Virus record (IMG/VR): IMGVR_UViG_2667527976_000007
Source: a virus
Taxonomy: Duplodnaviria > Heunggongvirae > Uroviricota > Caudoviricetes
Reading direction: 5' to 3' (one strand)
DNA: 34,515 nucleotides
Shown here: one piece after another, positions 9,414 to 17,193 of the stretch
How positions within the stretch are numbered: position 1 is the stretch's first letter
How the letters are laid out: each line of letters starts with the position of its first letter
Notes under the pieces: generated by a model
Told to the model about the DNA's origin: nothing
Database searches by the model: none
Seen by the model: only the letters and a program-made list of their open reading frames with translations
Program-made: the position numbers and the translations under genes

Positions 9414-9483
9414 TGTGTTCCTAACGAGAACATATAGCAGAAATTATTTGCCATTAAGCAATAAAAAATAAGGTGGATAGCTA

Positions 9484-10491
9484 ATGTCTGAGCAGACCAT
9501 TGAAGTTAAACACGTTGTAGTTCACATTTTAGACAAACAACAAAATGGAGACGCTTCTGAGAGATTGAGTCCTGAAGAAGGTCTAGTTACTGAAGCCTCC
9601 CAGCGCCTTATAAACGATATTTGTGCAAAATATGCAGGACGCACAGGTAAAGGTTATGGCTATTTTGAAGGCGATACGGATAACTATCCTATGGAACGAA
9701 TGGCTGGGGACTTTCTCGAAGGTGTTGATGATTTCTACCAAAGTTCCTGCCGAATGATGCATCACCTGACGGAACGTTCTCAGCGAGAAAACATGGCTAC
9801 TGGTGGTTATGTTCTTTTTGCAAATATCGTGATAGGACACAATGAACACCTGTTGATAGCTATTGTAAGCGCTACCATTGGATCCACTGTCACAGATGAT
9901 TTTAACATCCAAGATAGTACCTATCTTGATATTGCTAAGCTGCGTATGGCTGGGCGCATTGACTTAACCGCGTGGGAAAGTGGCGCAGAGCGCTATATCA
10001 GTTTTCTTAAGGGGCAAGGTAATGTTTCAAACTATTTTAAACAGTTCCTCGGCTGTAATGATGTCTTAATCGCCAAACGAGAGTCTGAAAAGTTACGTGA
10101 CGTTTTAAAAGCATTTGCGGCAGAGAAAGGACTTGACGGCGCTGAAAAAGATGCATTTCTTAAGAGTGCGTTTGAACACTTACATGCACTAAGTAAGGCT
10201 GGTGAACCACTTAGTCTTGAAACCCTTGTTAATGCCATTTGGCCCCAGGCTCCCGAGGAGTTATCTGGTAAACTTGCTGCTGAAGAGTTGGAGTTATCGG
10301 ATGGCTTCGTTCCTGATGGTCGAGTCATTCGGGCTCTGGTATCTTTTAAAGGCAAGTCTAAATATTGGGAACTTAAGTTTGACCGGGAAGGGAAAACTGA
10401 AGGCTATATTGATTATGATCCGGAAACAAATATTATCACCCTACGTAATGTACCTGAAGAATTTAGGGAAATGTGGATGACTGAGGTTTAA
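9484..10491 (+). CDS. YejK/NdpA-like nucleoid-associated protein (NA37 family) homologue
   Basis: 335 aa, the same length as E. coli YejK; blocks 'YLDIAKLRMAGRIDLTAWESGAERYISFLKG' and C-terminal 'YDPETNIITLRNVPEEF' parallel YejK blocks as I recall them; AAGGTGG RBS upstream; markedly AT-rich. Confidence 0.6.
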   Translation: MSEQTIEVKHVVVHILDKQQNGDASERLSPEEGLVTEASQRLINDICAKYAGRTGKGYGYFEGDTDNYPMERMAGDFLEGVDDFYQSSCRMMHHLTERSQRENMATGGYVLFANIVIGHNEHLLIAIVSATIGSTVTDDFNIQDSTYLDIAKLRMAGRIDLTAWESGAERYISFLKGQGNVSNYFKQFLGCNDVLIAKRESEKLRDVLKAFAAEKGLDGAEKDAFLKSAFEHLHALSKAGEPLSLETLVNAIWPQAPEELSGKLAAEELELSDGFVPDGRVIRALVSFKGKSKYWELKFDREGKTEGYIDYDPETNIITLRNVPEEFREMWMTEV

Positions 10492-10493
10492 TC

Positions 10494-11699
10494 GTGGCGA
10501 TTTCATTTGAGATGCTGACAGATCTGTATCGTCGTATGGAATTCCAAGAGGGGTTTCGTGTCGGTTCGCTGTTGCTCTTAGATCAGTCCGATTGTGATCT
10601 GGTTGATACTTTGCTTGATGATCCTCGTGAATATGGTCTTTCTATTGATACAGGCACTATCGCTCCAGGTAACACGATCATCCTACGTGTGACGTCACCA
10701 CGGAGTGGACTGGGACTTGTGTTTTCCACCCATGAAAAATTGCTAAATGCTCCAAAGCATCAGTGCCTTGAGCCAGCTAATTACTTCATCCTAGAAACAA
10801 AGTTTCGTAATGATGATGAAGATATCCCCGTTTTCATCAGCAACTACCGGAAGATTCTCGAGTTCGTTAACCTGCTAAAAGAGGCCGCGGCCTACTTTGA
10901 TAACTCAACTTGTCAGTTAGTTTTTCTGAAAAAAGAAGTTATCAAGCTATTACCGCACTTCGCTGCAGAAAATGTACAAAATTTGCAAAGAGAGTATCTT
11001 GATAACCTTATAGCTTGTTTCAATGATGATACCCATAAGGATCAGAAGCTAGATATTCTGATTGAAAGTATCCAAGCAGTTAGTGATGGAATTGATTCAC
11101 CTCTAGTATTCGCTTATTTACTGGACAATATTCAGCGTCTGCATGAAAAGTTTCTGAAAGGGTATCGTATCTACTCTTCTGGATTCTCTTATGACAAAGT
11201 AATGGATCAACTGCGTGCTGCAAAAGTCGAAGAAATGGGTAAAATCCACAAAGCGTTTTCAGATATCCAGAACCATATACTTGGCATTCCTGTTGCCTCT
11301 GTTATCGTAGCTACCCAATTCAAAGTGGCTACGAAATGGTCAGGCCAAGGGATAACAAACACAATAATTCTTCTGGGATGCATTTTTGCTGCAACGTTAA
11401 TCTGGCTGGCACTTTCGAACCAGATGCAATCTATAAAGGCCTTAGGCGAAGAAATTGAATACAAAGAAAAACAGATTAATAAGGAATATTCCTTCATTAA
11501 AGATGACGTGGCTGGTGTATTTAGCAGTATTTCTGCGCGACTAGACACGCAGAAACGTACGTTCTGGATTATACGTGGTGTTCTAGTTATGGGAATTATT
11601 ACCGCTATCACTGTTTATTTTTGGTACACAAAACCAGCCCTTGACTTCATGCAGTACTTGATTCACTGCATGAAGTCTTACTATTCGGTCAAAAGTTGA
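10494..11699 (+). CDS. uncharacterised protein with soluble N-terminal domain and two C-terminal TM helices
   Basis: GTG start 2 nt after the upstream TAA (translational coupling); predicted TM helices at about residues 287-307 and 357-377; no recognisable catalytic motif; AT-rich. Confidence 0.55.
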   Translation: MAISFEMLTDLYRRMEFQEGFRVGSLLLLDQSDCDLVDTLLDDPREYGLSIDTGTIAPGNTIILRVTSPRSGLGLVFSTHEKLLNAPKHQCLEPANYFILETKFRNDDEDIPVFISNYRKILEFVNLLKEAAAYFDNSTCQLVFLKKEVIKLLPHFAAENVQNLQREYLDNLIACFNDDTHKDQKLDILIESIQAVSDGIDSPLVFAYLLDNIQRLHEKFLKGYRIYSSGFSYDKVMDQLRAAKVEEMGKIHKAFSDIQNHILGIPVASVIVATQFKVATKWSGQGITNTIILLGCIFAATLIWLALSNQMQSIKALGEEIEYKEKQINKEYSFIKDDVAGVFSSISARLDTQKRTFWIIRGVLVMGIITAITVYFWYTKPALDFMQYLIHCMKSYYSVKS

Positions 11700-12459
11700 G
11701 GATAATGAGTTCCTTCTTGCGACTGGATTTGCCAGTGATCTTGAGGTTGTAGCTGATATCAACCGACTGAATATTTAGACCGTTGAATGCCTGCCGCATT
11801 TCCGGGATATCGTTCACCGATATAATCATCTTCCCTTTGATCCTGCGTGCTAAATCTGCCATATGATCATAATTTTCTAGTCCGAACTCCACACCATAAC
11901 CTTCCGTTCCCCAGTATGGAGGGTCACAGTAGAACAACGTATGCGGGCGATCATATCGTTCTATGCACTGTTGCCAGTCCATGTGTTCTATGACCGTTCT
12001 GGAAAGCCGCAGGTGTGCCGCTGACAGTTCTTCTTCAATACGCAGCAGGTTGAAGCGTGGCGGGGATATGGTGGAGGTACCAAAGCTGTGCTCCGCCACC
12101 TTGCCTCCAAACGCCTGCTTCTGAAGGTAGTAGAACCGTGCTGCACGCTGGATATCCGTCAGTGTTTCTTCCGGGGTGATCTGCAGCCATTTGTAGATCT
12201 GCCGGCTGACCAGCGCCCATTTGAACTGGCGTACAAATTCTTCCAGATGATGTTTTACCACCCGATACAGGTTCACCAGTTCACCGTTGATATCATTAAT
12301 GACTTCGATCTTGCCGGGTACCTTAAGAAAATAGAGCGCTGCTGCCCCACAAAACGGCTCCACATAACATTCATGCGCCGGAAACAGCGGCAGGATGTGT
12401 TTTGCAAGGCGGCGTTTGCCACCAATCCATGGAACGATGGGTAATGTCTGCATTTTCAT
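11689..12459 (-). CDS. DNA N6-adenine methyltransferase (Dam/D12-class family)
   Basis: 256 aa; N-terminal 'VEPFCGAAALYF' (SAM-binding motif I) and catalytic 'DPPY' motif; convergent with the cargo operon, overlapping its end by 11 nt. Confidence 0.8.
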   Translation of the reverse strand: MKMQTLPIVPWIGGKRRLAKHILPLFPAHECYVEPFCGAAALYFLKVPGKIEVINDINGELVNLYRVVKHHLEEFVRQFKWALVSRQIYKWLQITPEETLTDIQRAARFYYLQKQAFGGKVAEHSFGTSTISPPRFNLLRIEEELSAAHLRLSRTVIEHMDWQQCIERYDRPHTLFYCDPPYWGTEGYGVEFGLENYDHMADLARRIKGKMIISVNDIPEMRQAFNGLNIQSVDISYNLKITGKSSRKKELIILNF

Positions 12460-12564
12460 AATCTGTAAGCCTTTTACAATTATAAAAAATATGGCAGGCT
12501 AGTCTGGTCTCGCGAGACTGACTGAACCTCGGTCGGCTCACAGCGCATTCCTGTGGGGCGATGG

Positions 12565-12602
12565 CCAGCCCGGTGTTCGGGTACCGGGCTGGTCGTTCTT
12601 TC
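12565..12602 (+). terminator. putative intrinsic terminator/insulator hairpin
   Basis: 9-bp stem CCAGCCCGG / CCGGGCTGG (12565-12573 and 12584-12592) with a 10-nt loop, followed by T-rich TCGTTCTTTC. Confidence 0.35.
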
Positions 12603-12706
12603 AAAGTCATCATGCAGTGCACGTTTACATCTTCACTATTAACGCTGTTTAAAATCCGTATCCCGCCACATTTGTGATGCTGTCTCCACCAAACGAGGAG
12701 ACACAC

Positions 12707-13057
12707 ATGAAAAACCTGAAAAAATTCATTCCCCCTGTTAAAAAACCTCGCCTCAGCGGCTGGCTGCTGACCTCAGTGCTGTTGCTGGGCATCATCGCTC
12801 TGGTCTCGCCACAGCAGTTGCCTGTTGTGATCTACAAGCTGGCACTTATCACGCTGGCAGCAGTGCTGGGTTACTGGCTTGACCGTTCGCTCTTCCCCAA
12901 AGCCCGTCCCGGTCAGTACCTGAAACATGACGACAGGCTGATGGCTGAAGGGCGTTTCCCGGTACAGACCGGCCTTCACCTGGTGTTTTCTGCTGCGTTA
13001 ATCCGCCGTGCACTGATTGTTGCAGCGGTCTGCCTGGCTGTGGCAACAGGACTGTGA
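12707..13057 (+). CDS. putative holin-like membrane protein
   Basis: ATG at 12707 preceded by AGGAGA; 117 aa with 2-3 hydrophobic helices; immediately upstream of the endolysin, with TGA/ATG coupling. Confidence 0.5.
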   Translation: MKNLKKFIPPVKKPRLSGWLLTSVLLLGIIALVSPQQLPVVIYKLALITLAAVLGYWLDRSLFPKARPGQYLKHDDRLMAEGRFPVQTGLHLVFSAALIRRALIVAAVCLAVATGL

Positions 13058-13059
13058 CC

Positions 13060-13788
13060 ATGAACTGGCCTCAAATCACCCTCATTATTCTGTTCGCCTT
13101 TGGTCTGGGCGTAACCGCCATCAGACACGGAGAACCACGTAACGATAAATACAGCTTCTGGTGGCAGCTTGCTGGCAACCTGGTGATTGTCTGGCTGCTC
13201 TGGTGTGGCGGCTTTTTCAGCCAGGCATGCGCAGCGCAGCCCCCGCAGGCTGCGCTGCAGTATCGCGATGATGTGATCCGTAATGCCCGGCTTGAATGGG
13301 GACTGTCTGCGCCGGTGGCCGATTTCGCCGCGCAACTGCATCAGGAAAGCGGCTGGCGACCTGATGCGATCTCGCCGGCTGGCGCTCAGGGACTGGCGCA
13401 GTTCATGCCTGCCACTGCCGACTGGATAAGCCAGTTGATACCGATGCTGAGCAGTCGTGAGCCGTTTAATCCGGCATGGGCTATCCGGGCGCTGGTCAGC
13501 TATGACCGCTGGCTGTGGCAGCGTGTCAGCGCCGCCAGTGACTGCGAGCGTATGGCCATGACACTGTCGGGCTATAACGGTGGTCTGGGCTGGGTACAAC
13601 GGGACAGGCGGCTTGCATCACAGAAAGGTCTGGACAGCACCCGCTGGTTCGGACATGTCGCCACGGTGAATGCCGGACGCAATGCGGCCAGCTGGCGGGA
13701 GAACCGCCATTATCCGCAGCGCATCCTGCGCGAACTGGCACCGCGATATCTCACATGGGGAGGCAGCAGTTGTGCGGCATCTGGTTAA
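13060..13788 (+). CDS. endolysin, lytic transglycosylase (SLT domain) with N-terminal hydrophobic signal-anchor
   Basis: 'LHQESGW' catalytic-Glu motif and 'GLAQFMP' block typical of SLT domains; N-terminal hydrophobic segments suggest a SAR-type endolysin; ATG at 13060 (the ORF track begins at GTG 13054). Confidence 0.7.
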   Translation: MNWPQITLIILFAFGLGVTAIRHGEPRNDKYSFWWQLAGNLVIVWLLWCGGFFSQACAAQPPQAALQYRDDVIRNARLEWGLSAPVADFAAQLHQESGWRPDAISPAGAQGLAQFMPATADWISQLIPMLSSREPFNPAWAIRALVSYDRWLWQRVSAASDCERMAMTLSGYNGGLGWVQRDRRLASQKGLDSTRWFGHVATVNAGRNAASWRENRHYPQRILRELAPRYLTWGGSSCAASG

Positions 13789-14422
13789 AAAGCTGCCGTG
13801 GCGCGGCATTCTGCTGGCCATTCTTATCAATGCCTTTCTGGTCGGCCTGTATGCCATGGGATACAGAAGTGGTCATGACTCTGCAAAGCGTGACGGTGAT
13901 ACCGCGCTCAGTCAGTTGCAGTCAGCATTTGACGCGTACAAAACGGAGCAGGCAACGCTTGAGAATGCTGCGCTGCGGGCCTGGGCCAGACGGTATCAGG
14001 AGCAGGTGGCCGCCGGGCAGCGGGCTGAAGCCGGTTATCTTGAGCAGATTGCTCAACTGGAGAGCCGGAACAAACAACTACAGGGGCAAATTAACGATGT
14101 CACACAGCGCTGGATTGATGAAAAAGGTAAGAGCCATCCCATTGAGTGCGTGTTTACTCGCGGTTTCGTGCGCCAGTACAACGCCGCACTCGGATATGAC
14201 AACGCATCCGTCGACACCGGTCATTCAGACTCAGTTGCCGCCGCTGGCACCCGCTCTGGCACAGCGACCGGGCAACCTGAAACCACTGACACCCGGTTAC
14301 GCGATTCGGGTGTCTCCCAGCGTGACGTTCTCGCCAACATCATCGACAACGCAGGACAATGTCGTCGCTGGCGGAACCAGATAAACGCGTTACTGGATGA
14401 ACGGGAAGGATTACAGAAATGA
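13772..14422 (+). CDS. i-spanin (Rz-like)
   Basis: GTG at 13772 preceded by GGGAGG; N-terminal TM 'ILLAILINAFLVGLYAM' then a coiled-coil-rich periplasmic domain; follows the endolysin. Confidence 0.55.
   Translation: MRHLVKKLPWRGILLAILINAFLVGLYAMGYRSGHDSAKRDGDTALSQLQSAFDAYKTEQATLENAALRAWARRYQEQVAAGQRAEAGYLEQIAQLESRNKQLQGQINDVTQRWIDEKGKSHPIECVFTRGFVRQYNAALGYDNASVDTGHSDSVAAAGTRSGTATGQPETTDTRLRDSGVSQRDVLANIIDNAGQCRRWRNQINALLDEREGLQK
14118..14384 (+). CDS. o-spanin (Rz1-like lipoprotein) embedded in the i-spanin gene in another frame
   Basis: ATG at 14118; 'MKKVRAIPLSACLLAVSCAS' lipoprotein-type signal with a lipobox-like cysteine, followed by a Pro-rich mature region; wholly nested in 13772..14422. 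Confidence 0.55.
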   Translation: MKKVRAIPLSACLLAVSCASTTPHSDMTTHPSTPVIQTQLPPLAPALAQRPGNLKPLTPGYAIRVSPSVTFSPTSSTTQDNVVAGGTR

Positions 14423-14745
14423 CACTGCAGGTTGAATTCTGGACGGTGGTGAGTTTTCTGCTCACCTTCATGGGGTTTGTGGGAGGGCTCGCCAAATGGT
14501 TGTTCAGTAAAACAGAAGAACGCCAGGCGGCACGATTCGCCTCCCTTGAACAGGCCCTGCAACAGTCCGCCTCCAACTGGGGCGAGCTGGAAAAAGAATT
14601 TATGCGATTTAAAGCGGATTTACCGCTGAATTATGTCCGTCGCGAGGATTATATCCGTGGCCAGACAGTCATCGAGGCCAAACTGGACGCGCTCTACAAC
14701 AAACTGGAAGTGGTACAGCAGTACCGCAATACCGGAGGTCAATAA
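14419..14745 (+). CDS. lysis-cassette-associated membrane protein (108 aa)
   Basis: One N-terminal TM helix then a helical domain; tightly coupled to flanking genes. Confidence 0.45.
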   Translation: MTLQVEFWTVVSFLLTFMGFVGGLAKWLFSKTEERQAARFASLEQALQQSASNWGELEKEFMRFKADLPLNYVRREDYIRGQTVIEAKLDALYNKLEVVQQYRNTGGQ

Positions 14746-15056
14746 TGGTCGATATTACCCGGGTACGCCGCGAATCCCTGCGCTGGAGTCTGCTGGTTGC
14801 CCTGAACAAGACCCGCCCTTACACCGCCAGCGAGACGCTGCTGCTGGATGTGTCCCGTGCCATCTACCCGGACACCACACCGCTGGAACTGCGCCGCGAA
14901 CTGGATTATCTGGCTGACCGTAAAATGGTTGATCTGGAGAAAAAACCTTCTGGCGACTGGTTTGCTGACCTGACCCGCCTCGGCGTAGACCTGGTGGAAT
15001 ACACCGTGGAATGTGGTCCGGGTATTGCCCGCCCGGAAAAGTACTGGAGTGAATAA
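14745..15056 (+). CDS. hypothetical late protein (103 aa)
   Basis: ORF in the late operon with ATGA-type coupling at both ends. Confidence 0.45.
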   Translation: MVDITRVRRESLRWSLLVALNKTRPYTASETLLLDVSRAIYPDTTPLELRRELDYLADRKMVDLEKKPSGDWFADLTRLGVDLVEYTVECGPGIARPEKYWSE

Positions 15057-15601
15057 TGGCCAGACGCAGCACAATAGAAAAGCTGCCGGAAGACGTGCGC
15101 CGCTGGCTTGAACGGGCGCTGACTGAATCCGGCTTCAGCGGGTATAACGAGCTGGAGTCCCTGCTGCGTGAGCGGGGGTACGTCATCAGCAAATCCGCTA
15201 TCCATCGCTATGGACAGAAGATTGAGCGCCGCTATGGTGCTATCCGTGCGGCAACAGAAGCGGCCCGCATGCTGACCGAAGGCGCAGCAGACGATCAGGA
15301 TGCGCGTTCGGAGGCTGTGATAGCCCTTATTCAGACCGAGCTGTTCGAGAGTATTGTCCAGTTGCAGGAGGCGGAAGAAGGCGAAGTCGATCCTAAAGAA
15401 CGCGTGGCCCTGCTGTCGAAGGTGGCGAAGAATGTGGCTACGCTGTCCCGCGCGTCCGTCAACCTCAAAAAGTTCCAGTCTGAAGTACGGGCCAGAGCGC
15501 AGCAGGCAGCCAGCAACGCCGAGAAAATTGCCCGTAAGGGGGGACTGTCAAGCGACGCAGTACAGGCGCTTCGTCGCGAGATTCTGGGGATTGCCACATG
15601 A
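15056..15601 (+). CDS. Mu gp27-like terminase small subunit (DUF3486-like)
   Basis: 181 aa; immediately upstream of and coupled to the terminase large subunit; N-terminal basic/HTH-like region. Confidence 0.6.
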   Translation: MARRSTIEKLPEDVRRWLERALTESGFSGYNELESLLRERGYVISKSAIHRYGQKIERRYGAIRAATEAARMLTEGAADDQDARSEAVIALIQTELFESIVQLQEAEEGEVDPKERVALLSKVAKNVATLSRASVNLKKFQSEVRARAQQAASNAEKIARKGGLSSDAVQALRREILGIAT

Positions 15602-17193
15602 CAAAATCATCCGGAGTGATTTTAAACGCCGCTGGCGGCGGCCCCGAAGGGATGAGTCCCATGGACGGGAGGAATAACCTTGCTCCCGTTTTGCCTGATA
15701 CCTCGGCGCTGGATGCCCCTCCCGTTCTGTTGCCTTACCAGCAGCGCTGGGTGGCAGACACCTCTCCGCTTAAGGTGATAGAAAAGAGCCGTCGTACCGG
15801 TATTACATGGGCTGAGGCATCCGATAACGTACTGACCGCCGCCTCTTCTGCGCCAGCAGGCGGGATGAATGTGTATTACATCGCTTATAACCAGGACATG
15901 ACCGTCGAATACATTCAGGCGTGTGCGATGTGGGCACGGGCATTCAACTATGCGGCCAGTGAAATTGAAGAAGGATTCTGGGAAGAGGACGACGACGACA
16001 AACACATCAGGACTTACACCATCAAATTTCCTGACTCCGGCTTTCGTATTGTTGCGCTCTCCAGCCGCCCGTCTAACCTGCGTGGCCGTCAGGGTATTAT
16101 TGTTATCGACGAAGCGGCGTTCCATGAGCAACTGGACGAACTGCTGAAAGCGGCGCTGGCGATGCTTATCTGGGGGGGAAAGGTACGCGTTATCTCCACC
16201 CATAACGGTGACGACAATCCGTTCAATACGCTTATCGGGGATATCCGTGCCGGACGTCAGGGAGGCAGCATACATCGCATCACTTTCCGGGAAGCCGTAT
16301 CTGAGGGGCTGTTCCGGCGCGTCTGTCTGCGCACCGGGAAGGAATGGTCGGAGGCATCCGAGCAGGCCTGGATGGCATCGGTGTACAAATTCTACGGTGC
16401 CGGCGCATCCGAAGAGCTTGACTGTATTCCGGCCAACGGTGGCGGTGCCTGGCTGTCCCGTGCCCTGATAGAGTCCCGCATGTCCGCTGATACGCCGGTA
16501 TTGCGTCTGACCTGCAAGGAAGGTTATGAACTGCTGTCTGATGAGGTTCGCTTCCGCGAGACGCAGGACTGGCTTGATGAGTATCTGAAACCCTTGCTGG
16601 AGGCACTCCCCACTGATGCCCGCTCTTTCCTGGGGCGCGACTTTGGCCGTAGCGGTGATTTGTCGGTGGACTATCCCCTGCTGCAGGAGAAGAACCTGGT
16701 ACGACGCGTGCCATTCGTACTGGAGCTGCGTAACGTGCCGTTCAGACAGCAGGAGCAAATCACCTGGTATCTGATGGATGGCCTGCCCGGTCTGCTGGGT
16801 GCAGCGTTTGATGCCCGTGGTAATGGTGCCTATCTGGCTGAATACGCCATGCAGCGCTACGGCTCCAGCCGGGTTCAGCAGGTGATGCCAACCGAAGGCT
16901 GGTACCGGGAGCATATGCCTCCGGTCAAAGCTGCACTGGAAGACGGTAACCTGGTGGACTTACCAAAGGATGAAGACACACTGGATGACCTGCGGGCCGT
17001 TCAGGTGGTGAACGGTGTCCCCCGCGTACCGGAGCAACGCTCAAAAGCAAAGGCTGACGGTGGTAAACGCCACGGGGATTCAGCCATCGCACTGGCGCTG
17101 GCGTATTTCGCCAGCCGTGAAATTAACAAAGGGCCGGTGAAGGCAAGCTCACGCCGTCGTCGTCAGGCGGCCCGTATGCTGGAGGGATTCTGA
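15598..17193 (+). CDS. terminase large subunit (Mu gp28-like)
   Basis: 531 aa; position and size match Mu-type TerL; ATPase/nuclease-like acidic blocks ('IIVIDEAAF'). Confidence 0.75.
   Translation: MTKSSGVILNAAGGGPEGMSPMDGRNNLAPVLPDTSALDAPPVLLPYQQRWVADTSPLKVIEKSRRTGITWAEASDNVLTAASSAPAGGMNVYYIAYNQDMTVEYIQACAMWARAFNYAASEIEEGFWEEDDDDKHIRTYTIKFPDSGFRIVALSSRPSNLRGRQGIIVIDEAAFHEQLDELLKAALAMLIWGGKVRVISTHNGDDNPFNTLIGDIRAGRQGGSIHRITFREAVSEGLFRRVCLRTGKEWSEASEQAWMASVYKFYGAGASEELDCIPANGGGAWLSRALIESRMSADTPVLRLTCKEGYELLSDEVRFRETQDWLDEYLKPLLEALPTDARSFLGRDFGRSGDLSVDYPLLQEKNLVRRVPFVLELRNVPFRQQEQITWYLMDGLPGLLGAAFDARGNGAYLAEYAMQRYGSSRVQQVMPTEGWYREHMPPVKAALEDGNLVDLPKDEDTLDDLRAVQVVNGVPRVPEQRSKAKADGGKRHGDSAIALALAYFASREINKGPVKASSRRRRQAARMLEGF

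Noticed and set aside
8925-9422. Repeated 8-mer GTGTTCCT at 8925-8932 and 9415-9422 flanking the XRE gene, considered as paired operator sites
   Set aside because: A single shared 8-mer across two ~100-bp regions is expected by chance at an appreciable rate; flanking bases do not extend the match.
12976-13599. 207-aa minus-strand ORF overlapping the holin/endolysin genes
   Set aside because: Antisense to the lysis cassette; Arg/Pro-rich translation characteristic of a wrong frame.
15622-16914. 430-aa ORF on the minus strand inside the terminase large subunit gene
   Set aside because: Antisense to a well-supported gene in a GC-rich region where long spurious ORFs are expected; Arg/Gly/Pro-rich low-complexity translation with no start context.
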